Origin: Chara braunii
Taxonomy: Eukaryota; Plantae; Charophyceae
NCBI GenBank assembly: GCA_003427395.1
Contig: BFEA01000030.1
Span: 1,471,499-1,535,498 of the forward strand
DNA: 64,000 nucleotides
Reading direction: 5' to 3'
The notes under the pieces were generated by a model that did no database searches, was not told where the DNA came from, and saw only the letters and a program-made list of their open reading frames with translations. Position 1 is the stretch's first letter; each line of letters starts with the position of its first letter. Positions 23,211 to 33,479 of the stretch are shown here, one piece after another. Made by a program: the position numbers and the translations under genes.

Positions 23211-24338
23211 TGAGGAGCTCGTTAGACACTCCTCGGGCGCGTAAATCCCCCGAGGAACGTTTCGTTCCACCTATCCTCGGGGATAAAAACGAAAAAGAAT
23301 TGTGAAAACATTTCCTTGGGGAGTCCTCAGGGCGTCCTCGGGCTACAGCTATTTGGTGGCATTCCCCAAGTGTTACATGCTGCGCCTTCACACGGGCCCT
23401 GTTTGAGGGGCCCGGCGGTTGCTAAGGGGCCTCCAGGCCGCGTGCCATCCAGCATGCACCCTGGAGGCCCACGGCGGCCTTTTGGCCGCAGGTACCGGCA
23501 GTTGTCCGTTCGGACGTCGTTTCGGACTGCAGGTCCCAAGGCGAAGCCTTGGGCCAGGTACACAGGGATGAGGCCTTTTTGAGGCCAGGCGCGTTTTGGT
23601 GCCTCGCTGCATCAGCGGCGCGGTCTGGACACCCGGTAGGGGCCCAGACCAAGTAGGCCGTTTTGAGGCCAGTACCTGAGGACGCCCAGCAGGCCCAGCG
23701 CTACTTATAGCTGGGCTGAAGCTGGTCTGAGGACAGTTCGTGTAGCTCACTTCTTGAGCGACATGCTGCTGGTTGGAGGCTGCGCTATTTTGGTGCTGCG
23801 CTGTGAGGCTGGGAAGGAGAGGCATAGGAGGTAGAGAGAGGCAGAGGCCATACCTGTAGTGGCGAACTTACCTGCCGCCATACTCGGGGCTCCGCGCGGT
23901 ACCTGCACAGGACAACCACGACGGTCAGTACGACAGCAGTTACCTGCAGCTGAGGCAGCGAGGAGGGCGACATCTTCTTCTTCCTTCTCGCCCTCCATCT
24001 CGTCTCCCTCCCTCCTCCTCCTTCCTCCTTCCTCCTTCCTCCTCCTTCTTCATATTCTTCATTAGATACGAGAGTGAGAGAGGTCACATGCAGAGGATAC
24101 AGGCAGAGGTTACTGTGGGCAGAGCGCCCAAGATTGATTGGACATCGGCAAGGGACTATTTTTGGACTTCGCTATTGCGATCTTGGTCTTCTCCCCCGCA
24201 TCCATCTTCAGCTCTCCTCTCCCCATCTCTCATCTGTGGTATCTCCCCATGCGCGCGTACAAAGGAGGGACCTTTCTTCTATGTGTGTGATCCCTCCTCC
24301 TCTCTCACATCTGTGATGAGTGATGGGGTCTCGCCTCA
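23211..24338 (+). repeat. Putative solo LTR of another family
   Basis: TGAGG...CCTCA termini; GGCCC-rich block followed by a CT-rich block, as in the other LTRs; no clean TSD. Confidence 0.4.
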
Positions 24339-24339
24339 G

Positions 24340-26391
24340 TCCCGGTCAGGTCAGGACTTACCTTAAAGTCTTCCACTGCTTCACTAAGTGTCATTTGTAT
24401 GTATCGGGATGCACATTGCCTGTTGATGTTCCACTGACATTGCATTGTCCATTCGGTCCTTTTCATCACATTGCGGATCCTTGGCTCTACATACATTGCC
24501 CAACTGGGCATGTATCACCAAGGGACCTCACAGGATCCCTTGGAGGTCAAGGATCCGCGATAATCGGAGCGGCGAGGGCACCCGTCGTCGGCATGAAATT
24601 TTCGTCGGCTGGTCCATTGGAGTTCCTACCAGGCAATGCACATACATCTTGGGTCTTCAACGTTCGGCTTCCAGGAACCTTACGCCAACGATGACCGTTG
24701 GTGGCCGGCCGACCCCCGCGGACATCGTCGACCAGTGTTCTCCCTCGCAGTGTGTGCCGCCAAACGGAAAGGGGTCGAACGGTCGGCAAATTTGAATACT
24801 TCAGCCGATACCCCTTGCTCCGATCGCCCACTGTATCCGCGAAGAGAAACGTTACAAGGCGTTTGTCCCATGCTGCGGTCTGCCGTTTGCAGCCGTCTTC
24901 ATTGCTGTTTGCTAGAGATGTACCGTCGTCATCTAGCTACTATCGTTCCCCACTTGCCTTTCATGGCCGACGTCTTTCGAAGGATGCTGCTGTTGCACCG
25001 GGTCATCCTTTTGCTTGTCCTTGTGGACTTCTTCCACATCTGCATCCTCAGCAGGGTGCCTCGGCGTACACGTAAGAGGTGGTCTGCGAAGAAGGATGTC
25101 AACATGGACAGGCGGCAGGTGAAGAGCAGGTTTTCAGTGGACCACTCTAGAAGCCACCGTGCAGGCTATGGCCCGACTCGCAGTGCAAGGGCGTACGACC
25201 CGTTAGAGTGCGTGTACTGTATGCTGTCCTCTACCGTTTGCTCCCTTCATCGTCGCTGTTCGGTGGACCTTCACCGTCGTTGTAGAATTACTACAGCCCT
25301 GTCGTACATATTGTGATGGCCGACCTTTCATGAAGGTTGCCACTGCTGCTCCTTGCATCTGTCGTCAGGCCTGACTTCAAACGGTTTTTAGGGTACGTAA
25401 GTTCCTAGGCTTGCCAGGTTGCTGTTCAGGATGTGCACTTTTCTTTGCCTAAGTGCCGGACCAGGTGCATATAATCTCAGGTTCGTATAGTGGGGTACCA
25501 TGGCTTGTTGTCTATTTTCCGTCTCAGTATGCTCTGCCCGGTACAGTTTGCTGGGGACTCTTAGGCTTGGGTACCACGGGAATCAGTTCCGACATCGCTA
25601 TATACCTGCGCCGCAAGGCATTCTGCCTCTCACTTCGCACGATTGTACGAACATGCGCTTTCGGTTGTGTTTTTCGGTGGCGATGCCAGAGGACCCGGTA
25701 GTCACTGCGTGTCGGATGAGCTGTTCCATCGCTGCTGCACGATCTGTCACGGTATTGGGTTCACACACGCTGGCACACGCTGCTGTTGAAGAGATCAGCC
25801 ATCGTCAGGCGATTACGAGGAGGTGCTGAGATCGTCGGTATCTTGTGAACCTGGCTTGTTCTTTGTGTGTGTTTTTTCTGTGTTTTCTGTGTGGTGCAGG
25901 CATTCGACTCCATACCAGTTTCAGCGTCGACATGGGTACTTCTCGATTTTGTCAACTCTTCAGCTCATCGGCGACGTCCTGTGTTTCGCGGTTGATTTGG
26001 TCGGATCTGCTCCGGGCTTTGATTGGGTTCTGACGACTGATAAGTGTTACCATGACACGGGTTGGGATACGGACGGGTAGGTGTTGGCTAGCTATATATG
26101 AGGCAAGGCATTAGGAATGGCCTCCATTATTAGTATGGGGTACATGTTGATTACCTCCTGATGAGTCTGCGTGCGGGGTAGACAAAACGTCGTTGAGGGT
26201 GACCGCATTGTCCAGTTCAGTGCAATTATGTACTACTTTTTCGGAAGATTTTTCCATACTTTTGCATGCGTAACGGTGTGGTTTTCTTGCTGTATCTTCA
26301 TCTTGCCGTTCTCATGCTGTCTCTGTCTTTGCCGGACAGTCTTTCCTCGTGAGCAAAACACCCGTGCACGTTATTTCAGCATTCGGAGGGG

Positions 26392-26434
<43 letters not shown>
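24340..26434 (+). mobile_element. Probable Penelope-like element 3' remnant
   Basis: Minimal type I hammerhead ~60 nt after TATATA (26093); possible degenerate GIY-YIG start TYLKVFHCFTKCHLYVSGCT at ~24355-24415. Confidence 0.45.
26151..26202 (+). ncRNA. Type I minimal hammerhead ribozyme, CpG-decayed
   Basis: CCTC-CTGATGA-GTCTGC(GTGCGGG)GTAGAC-AAAA-CGTCGT-T-GAGG. Stems I and II pair; core GAAA reads AAAA and the cleavage triplet reads GTT, both consistent with CpG deamination. Confidence 0.78.
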
Positions 26435-26436
<2 letters not shown>

Positions 26437-26684
26437 CTCTATATATTTTTGGGTGTAACCAGTGTGACTACGTGCAGTCCTGTGAGACACAAATGTCAAG
26501 GCTGCTACTCTGTCCTTTGAGGACACAGAACTTGTGTGTGACCGCACGGGCACCCATGGGGACAAATACATTGTACCAAACGCCCCAGATATTTGTGACT
26601 TTAGGTCCCGGTGTCAGTATGCCCTCATTGAGACTGATGTGTGCACAGACTGTTCACCTGAACTGGGTGGAGCCTATTCTGTGG

Positions 26685-27094
26685 CATCCCCTAGGCATGC
26701 CTCGCATACGAAAAAATTGAATTTTTGTACGGGCCTTGTACTCCGTTGTACGGAGGTTGTGCGCCGTGTTGTACTCCGTTGTATTCTACCCGCAGCACCA
26801 CTTTTGTAAAAAAGAACAAAACATATCAGAAAATTCTGGAAAACAATATGTGTGATAGAACTTAGAAGACACTATTTTGAACAACTTTTCCCTCAGACAA
26901 AAAGTGAAATCTAAAAAAATAAAAAAATAAAGTGAAATCTGCAACCAATTGTGAGATTAAAATAAAAAAAACACAAAAAAAAAGAAGAAAAAAAAGCTGT
27001 TCTGTACGCACGTACAAACGCGTACAAAAAACAAATCATGCATAGTGCGGGGGGCGTACGACGCATGTCCACGTACATCGCGTACAAAGGGATG
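26685..27094. mobile_element. MITE with CATCCC...GGGATG ends and GTAC(G)-rich subterminal repeats
   Basis: Short TIRs and an AT-rich core; flanks TGTGG/CGCAG are both derivable from CGCGG by CpG decay. Confidence 0.6.
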
Positions 27095-27342
27095 CGCAGG
27101 AGCCAAATGTGCCGTCGCACAGATCAACTCTCTGTTGACGGGGGCCTCACAGAAACTGTCACATGATGGCGTTAGTGAGCGTCTGTCTTCCTTGTCTTGC
27201 TTGGACTCCGAGGAGTTCTCATTGTCTATGAATGAACAGCTGGCAGTGCTCCTCATATTGCTGTTGCGGTGATTACAGCTGTCCGCAGTGTATCGCCAGC
27301 AACATGTACACCAGGGGGTAGATGTATAGGCCATCCTTCTTC

Positions 27343-27444
27343 GTCTTCTTTTTTTTTTTTTTTTTTTTTTTTTTGGAACTTACGAGTTGCGGATACCACT
27401 TACGGAGGTGATAAGAGCAGCCTCCCTAAGTTGGTCTCCCGTTG
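27343..27444 (-). mobile_element. Short retroposed insertion with poly(A) tail
   Basis: Perfect 17-bp TSD ATAGGCCATCCTTCTTC at 27326-27342 and 27445-27461; poly-T at the left end. Confidence 0.85.
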
Positions 27445-27999
27445 ATAGGCCATCCTTCTTCCATCATGTCTCCCTCTTTAGTGTGATCCCAGATTATGTC
27501 AATTATGAAAAGGTGCTGGGATGCCAGATCAACTGCGGCTTGGAGCGATCTCCTTAGGTAGTGAACATGCAACAAACCTGACAGGTTGTCCTGTTCAATG
27601 ATGACCGACGATAAAAAAAGACTACCATTTCTATCCTTGCACAGTGGGCATGCTAATCTTCTCTGTTTGCCTGAAGGACGTCTTATGGAGCCTGAATCAT
27701 GGACACCCAGAATGCATTATCCATCTCAATGAGCCTGAGGGCATACTCGCGTGAGAACCTAAAGTCTCAAATTTTTGTAGCATTTGGTACCGGGAATTTG
27801 AGACTTTGGGTACCCGTGTGGTCACACGGGTGGACTCTGTGCAGAAAGGACAGAGTAGAGGCTCACCCAGTTGGCCACCGTGCCAAGTGCACTTAGTCAC
27901 ACAGCACCCCACCCCCCAAAAAAAAAGGTTTTCTTTTTTTCAATGCTAAAATAACAAGCAGGCCGTCTTCTTCTTTTTTTTTCCTTTTTTTTTTTTAAC

Positions 28000-29416
28000 T
28001 CGCCCCCACCAGTGTTATTGGTGCTGATAGAGCAGACACCACTAGCACCTGGAGAGAGGCTCCATCTATTGGTGGGGAGCATCACCTGCTGGAAAATGGG
28101 TCCAGCGTCCCATATACAGACTGAATTTGAAGTACATCAGAAAAACATTGTGGGGGTTCCTGCCAGCATTGATTACCTTGGGATCCAGGGGATTGACTGA
28201 GCAGTTCACTCTGAATCCGGCGCCAGATGCCTACTGCCACACTAGTTCCTACCTCCCCCTACCAGCCCCAGTCCCACATCATAAAGATATGTTGTCCCTT
28301 ATGAGAATATACATGCATTGATGTACTGGAGCCATTTTCTGACTTCGGCTGAAGAAGTTCTAAGAGCACTTTTGAACTCAGTACTAATGAGCCCCTTCCA
28401 GGAGCCTACACCGCCCAGGGCCACACTTCTCCTACTGAATCCACACCAGCATCACCCTGCTGTTGGGCGTCAGACTTCAATTAGCCCTCCTCATGTTTCT
28501 GTTGTCGTCCCTCTTGGTTATTTTTTTGTTGTTGCTTTGAAAAAAAAAAAAAAAAAAAAAAGTGTTTCTGCTGTCGTCCCTCCAAGCATTATGCTCTCGT
28601 TGTTCCTTTTTGCTTTCCTGGATTAGGCTAATTAGCGTTTTGGTCAGTTCCAAAATGGCGGTCGATTCATTCGACCTTGCAGGGTTCTCAATCGGTGGCG
28701 GGGGTGCCGTCATTACAGGTGTTGGCATCACTGGGACAGGGACGCTTGTGATCACACTCGGGGCCGGTCGTTTAGGGGCTATCTGTTCCAGATAGGTAAC
28801 AGGGCCTGATACGAACCCCATGTTTTCGAACTTATTTTGCAACGCTGCCAACTCAACTTTTGCCCTCGCAAGTTCGGACGAGTCTCCTTCCTTAGGAATG
28901 TCTTCTCCTTCTAGGAAACTCGCCGCGAACTTTCGTTCCATTTCTTCTGCAGCCGCCCTAATCTGTTGCAGTGTGTGATTGATGGGGGAGAACTGTTTTC
29001 ACAGTTTCGCCCTTATCGTTCGGCTGCGAAGTTCGGTAGAACTGGTTTCGATATTCTGCAATGGACTCGAGAGGTTTTTTAACTCGGTCCTTGATCATGA
29101 AGAGCGCTTGCTCTGGATGAACATAATCAAATCGATTCAAAAAATCTCACTTGAAAGTCGGGAGATCCACCCATACATAAGTGTTGAACCAATGATGAGC
29201 GTCCCCTCCTAATCGGGCGGGAATATTCGCCTGAGTTTCGTTATCGTCAAACTGCTGCGCCCGGAGCGTGGACAACCATGCTCCAGCGAGATGATGTGCA
29301 GGGTTAAACAGATAGAGATCAGGTGGCGTCATGGGAGCCCGTGCTCGTGGGGCGGGTTGATTAGGATTTTGCTGGGGATTCGAGTCGTGTAGGGGGTTCT
29401 GCTGATTAACATTCAT
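28000..29416 (-). pseudogene. gag (retrotransposon capsid-like), disrupted
   Basis: ARLGGDAHHWF...FK*DFLNRF...KKPLESIAEYRNQF (Retrotrans_gag-like pattern), then coiled-coil and Pro-rich segments. Confidence 0.7.
28514..28562 (+). mobile_element. 49-bp poly(A)-tailed micro-insertion in gag
   Basis: 20-bp TSD TGTTTCTG(T/C)TGTCGTCCCTC at 28494-28513 and 28563-28582. Confidence 0.8.
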
Positions 29417-29556
29417 GTTGACGGTCCGCCGATTAGCCGATCTGCTTCTAGTGACGACGGGGTCGCGTCTATGCGCGTTCCGGGGTCGAGGTCGCCCTCG
29501 GTTTGCCAGATCGCTTAATTATCGTGCTTTTACTCCTATAACCCGGCCACGTGTCA

Positions 29557-29569
29557 GGCTCCGATACCA
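29557..29569 (-). promoter_or_regulatory. Primer-binding site (tRNA-iMet type)
   Basis: Minus strand reads TGGTATCGGAGCC, adjacent to the LTR. Confidence 0.85.
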
Positions 29570-29950
29570 ACCTCACGCCCAGCGCGACTTCCTGATCGGA
29601 GTAGGTTGTGGGCCTGGAAGTGCAAAAAGGGGTGTGCCAAGGATTTTTGGGAAAGTGGGGGTGGAGTCCAAGGTCAGAACTGAGATCTCCTGTGGCAGAG
29701 TTTTTCGGGGGCACGAGTGCAATTTGGTTGAGAGGACGGATCGGTTCCGGTCGTAAGGCAGATGGCATGCGCAGATCATTCAAGGTCATCCGAACCGTCT
29801 GTTTTGATGACGGCGGTTCGACGAAAGGTCCATCCGGGGTGGGTGTGATTCTGATGAGTTAGGTCGTCGGATGTCGCCTCGTGGCGTCGGTCGTCGCACG
29901 TTCGGGTTAGTCCATCGGGTCTCCGGGGCTCTCTGGTTGCTGCGTTGCCG

Positions 29951-30190
29951 GCAATTTCCGCAAGGCGTGAGGGGCCAGTATGGGGCTATGGAGTTTCACA
30001 GGACGACCGTGAGTTCATGATACGGGAGAAGAAGATGGAAGGGAGGGAATTTAGTGGAGATAACGACAAAACCGAGGGAAATAAAGTAGTGTGTGTGGTC
30101 AGAAGTGGGGAAATCAGGGCACCGTGGATCGCTGGTTGTGGCACAATGGAACTCTCTAGGACACAGTCGATTCTCGGTTAAACAGGGGAA
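29951..30190 (-). pseudogene. Second copy of the LTR-internal Cys/His domain (one TGG>TGA stop)
   Basis: FPCLTENRLCPREFHCATTSDPRCPDFPTSDHTHYFISLGFVVISTKFPPFHLLLPYHELTVVL*NSIAPYWPLTPCGNC. Confidence 0.75.
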
Positions 30191-31581
30191 CCTCTGTCGG
30201 AGACACTCTTTTATCCAAGGGGTGAGGTACTCCGGATCCCACGACGAATCTGAGTTCCTGGAGTGTGTCATTTTGTCATTGCGAAACCGTGGAATTCCTT
30301 ACCACGTGGTTACCCGGCTGGGGAATTTTCGAGCTTGGCGTTCATAAATTTCGTGTTGATCCCGATATTCGACGATTGCGATCACCGCGTGTGAGTACGT
30401 GTAGGCTGCACGAATTGAATCGCACTTACACGTGTTCACATGGCATGATCACTTCGTTGCAGACGTAGAATGGCCGCCGGACACACCCAATCAGTCACTC
30501 TTCCCACAATCGACAGCCCTTCCATGCCTAGGTGGTTACGAATCGACGTGCGTGGACACGTGTAAGTGCGCAGATCGGATCGTGCTTACACGCATCCCCG
30601 CGAGTTTCCGGACAAACAACTACCCAATCGTCTAATCATTCTATGCACGCAACCTTTCCCGATCATGCAAGGTACTACTACACATTCGCAGTAACAACAA
30701 CAGATCAAAAAGGACAAACAACAATAGTGAGGATTACGTGAACTTTCCTACTATGCTCATGAGGGTATCAAGACAATAAGCAAAGGCAAAGATCAGGCAT
30801 AAGGAAAAGCAAGCAGACATAACATCCATTCATCCATTCATTCGGCATAACACACAATATCCGAGATTGAAATCGCAAAAACGAGTGTGGGCCGAAACCA
30901 AGTCAAGATTCCGAAAAACAAACGAGAACGGGCGACTCGCCCTGTGCCGAGATCAAAATTTATATACAAAAGCAAAGAGGGAGAAAAGACAAAAGAAACA
31001 GCAAATCCGCGTCCATCAACCTCAGCTCTCTCTTCCTCTCTCTCTCTCTCCGATGCGGATAGTCCGTCGTCGTGCACCAACTCACAAAGTCGTCACCCCG
31101 CTTAGTCCTCCCGCACCCGTCAGGTTCGCCCGTGCCACAGTCCGTCGTGGCCCGCGTCAACCCTGCGCGTTTGGCACCAGCTCGTCGGGTTGCCCGACTC
31201 CCACTTCAACTCACCTCTTGCTTCGCTCGTGAGCCGACCCTCACTGATCGCGCTACCCCGAGCTTCCACCAGTTGGTTAAGAGAGCTATCTAATCGCGCA
31301 ACCGAAATTTATAGCGCGCATGCGTGCGCGAAGAACACGGAATTGCAAGGACTAAGAAAGAGATCAGGGGAGGAAGCGCCTACGTTCTTCATGGCCAGAC
31401 CGCGGCATGGGAGACGTAGCCTCGCTCCACGCATCGATCCCAGTATGCAGTCCGCGGGCTGGCTAGACACAGTAGGAAGAAGCGAGAGCGGGAAAGACGA
31501 AGCACAAGAAGAAAGGATACAATTACAATGGCGCCCGCCCAAAATTACAGTTACACACACGATTAAAGGCGTCAACTAATC

Positions 31582-31782
31582 CTATGTAGAACCCCGTACG
31601 AATACGGGCCGTCCGTACGTACGGGCTCATGTGGTCGTACGGGCCGTACGTATGGAAAAAAAAGCAAAGAAAAAAAAATGAAAAAAATCTGAAAAACAAA
31701 TATGTTATGCAGAAAAATAAACTCAAACAATTTTGCCTCATGGGCATATTGAAATTCGTTGCCAAATTTGAGATAAAAAAAA

Positions 31783-31856
<74 letters not shown>

Positions 31857-31916
31857 CTGTACGGGGTTGTACATACGGCCATACGGCCCCCGTATGTCAT
31901 ACGGAGTGTTACACAG
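31582..31916. mobile_element. hAT-like MITE nested in the family-B LTR
   Basis: Imperfect TIRs CTATGTAG.../...TTACACAG; 8-bp TSD AACTAATC/GACTAATC; CCGTAC/TACGG subterminal repeats; absent from the solo LTR. Confidence 0.8.
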
Positions 31917-33360
31917 GACTAATCAGAGTTCCGTTGCAGCCGCAAAGAGAAGCGCGTAAGCAAAAAACGCTGCGCGGCAAGGAAAAACTCCTAATTGCAA
32001 AATTTTTAAATTCTTGTCTAATGCAGAAAAAAATGAAAAACACAAATCCCGAAGAGAAGTTTGAAATTCCGAGAGCCATAGTGGCTCGACAAGATTCGAC
32101 AAAGAATTCAAAAAGAAATTTCAAGAAGAACGAAGCAAAATTCCCGCGCGATGTCTGCGCCTAAAAAGTCCAAAATCGAAACAGAAGAAGCGACGTCAAC
32201 ATTTATTAATCGCGCGCATGGCAGTTCGCCACTCACACAACCAATCAACCAATCGATCGTCCCGGGGCTCACCCGGGACCGAACCCAACCATCCGGAAAG
32301 ACGACGAAAAAGGACTAAGAAGTGGGGACACTGATGCAATTTCCTTTCCATCCCAATCTCCCGTAATCGTCCCATCCTTCCCAGCTTAGAACCCCTCGTT
32401 GCTACTGCGCAGAAAATCGCGCGGTGCAGAAATCGATTCGTCACACTCCACTCCTCCTCCCCTTCTTCGTCATCTTCTTCCTCCTCCTCCTCCTCCTCTT
32501 CTCCTCCTCGTTCGTTAGCCATAGCCAACGTATCAGCCGGTTTTTTTTTTTTCCTCCCGAACATCCATCTTCCCTGTGCGCTGCTTCCTCCTCCTCCTCC
32601 TCCTTGTCTTCTTCTCCTCCCTCCTCTTCTTTTTTTTCTTCCTCCACTCCTCTTCTTTGTCATCTTCTTCCTCCTCCTCCTCCTCTTCTCCTCCTCCTCC
32701 TCTTCTTCTCCTCCTCGTCCGTTAGCCATAGCCAACGTATCAGCCTCTTCTCCCTGCATGATGTTGTTTGCAGACCTGCAAGCCCTGAAAGCAATGCCCC
32801 CCTCGCAACTCTCGACCTCGCCCTCCCCCACCCCCCCTCCCACCCCCCCCCTCCCGGTACACCCCTAAAAAAAAGTCCAACCTTCAAAGTTTTATTGAGG
32901 AATCCGACATATCTCGGCAAGCGCAGTCGGATATGATATGAAACAGACTGCACGGCAGACAGCCTATGCATGAGGATAGCATTCAGAAGATACACCCAAT
33001 ATATGTCAATGCTGATCACGCACACAAAATAGAGCAAGAAACCAAACGCAAAGGCCACCCATCATACCATAACGAAAAGTGGGATTACAAAAATGCTCAT
33101 AACTTAGAATAATCGAAAGATATGTTCACGAGCACCTTGCATAATCCCAAACCCTTCCACATCACCTTGCGGCCATTCCCCGAACTTCAAAAATGCTCAG
33201 AACTCAGAACCAATCGGTCTCAAATACTCACAAGGGCCAGGATGCGTCCACAGAGTAACACCCTATGAGAACCGATCCCGAACCTCAATCGAAAGACGAC
33301 AGGTACGTTCACGAGCACCTTGCATAATCCCAAACCCTTCCACATCACCTTGCGGCCATT

Positions 33361-33473
33361 CTCCGACCGGTTTCGACTACCCCGCGACCGGTTTGCCGGT
33401 TGACCCCCCCTAGGCCGGTCCGGACCCGGTAGGACCGGGTCAGCCCGACCGACCGGTCGCCGGCCCAGCCCTG
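33361..33473. mobile_element. Orphan hAT-like terminus
   Basis: (G)ACCGG-rich subterminal repeats ending in CCCAGCCCTG (reverse complement CAGGGCTGGG). Confidence 0.55.
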
Positions 33474-33479
33474 TTTCTA

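Larger units (their letters stand above)
26451..27910. mobile_element. Non-autonomous DNA element with ~190-bp diverged TIRs (MULE- or Harbinger-like)
   Basis: The reverse complement of 26451-26640 matches 27720-27910 (TGAGGGCATACT, ACCTAAAGTC.CAAAT, TTTGGTAC, CCCGTG.GGTCACAC, AAAGGACAGAGTAG, TGCAC.TAGTCACAC). No TSD found. Confidence 0.65.
28000..32445 (-). mobile_element. Truncated family-B LTR retrotransposon: 5' LTR, PBS and gag
   Basis: LTR homologous to 6190-8878 starting TGTGACGAATCG at 32445; iMet PBS; gag-like capsid ORF. Confidence 0.85.
29570..32445 (-). repeat. 5' LTR of family B (~2.5 kb excluding the MITE)
   Basis: Collinear with the solo LTR at both ends and in internal blocks. 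Confidence 0.88.

Noticed and set aside
26435-27999. Continuation of family-B pol downstream of gag
   Set aside because: No protease or RT motifs; the region is better explained by the long-TIR element and its nested inserts.
29852-29900. Other CTGATGA/CTGAAGA hammerhead cores (7108, 16261, 21839, 29852, minus strand near 25958)
   Set aside because: None has a stem II followed by GAAA and a closing stem I.
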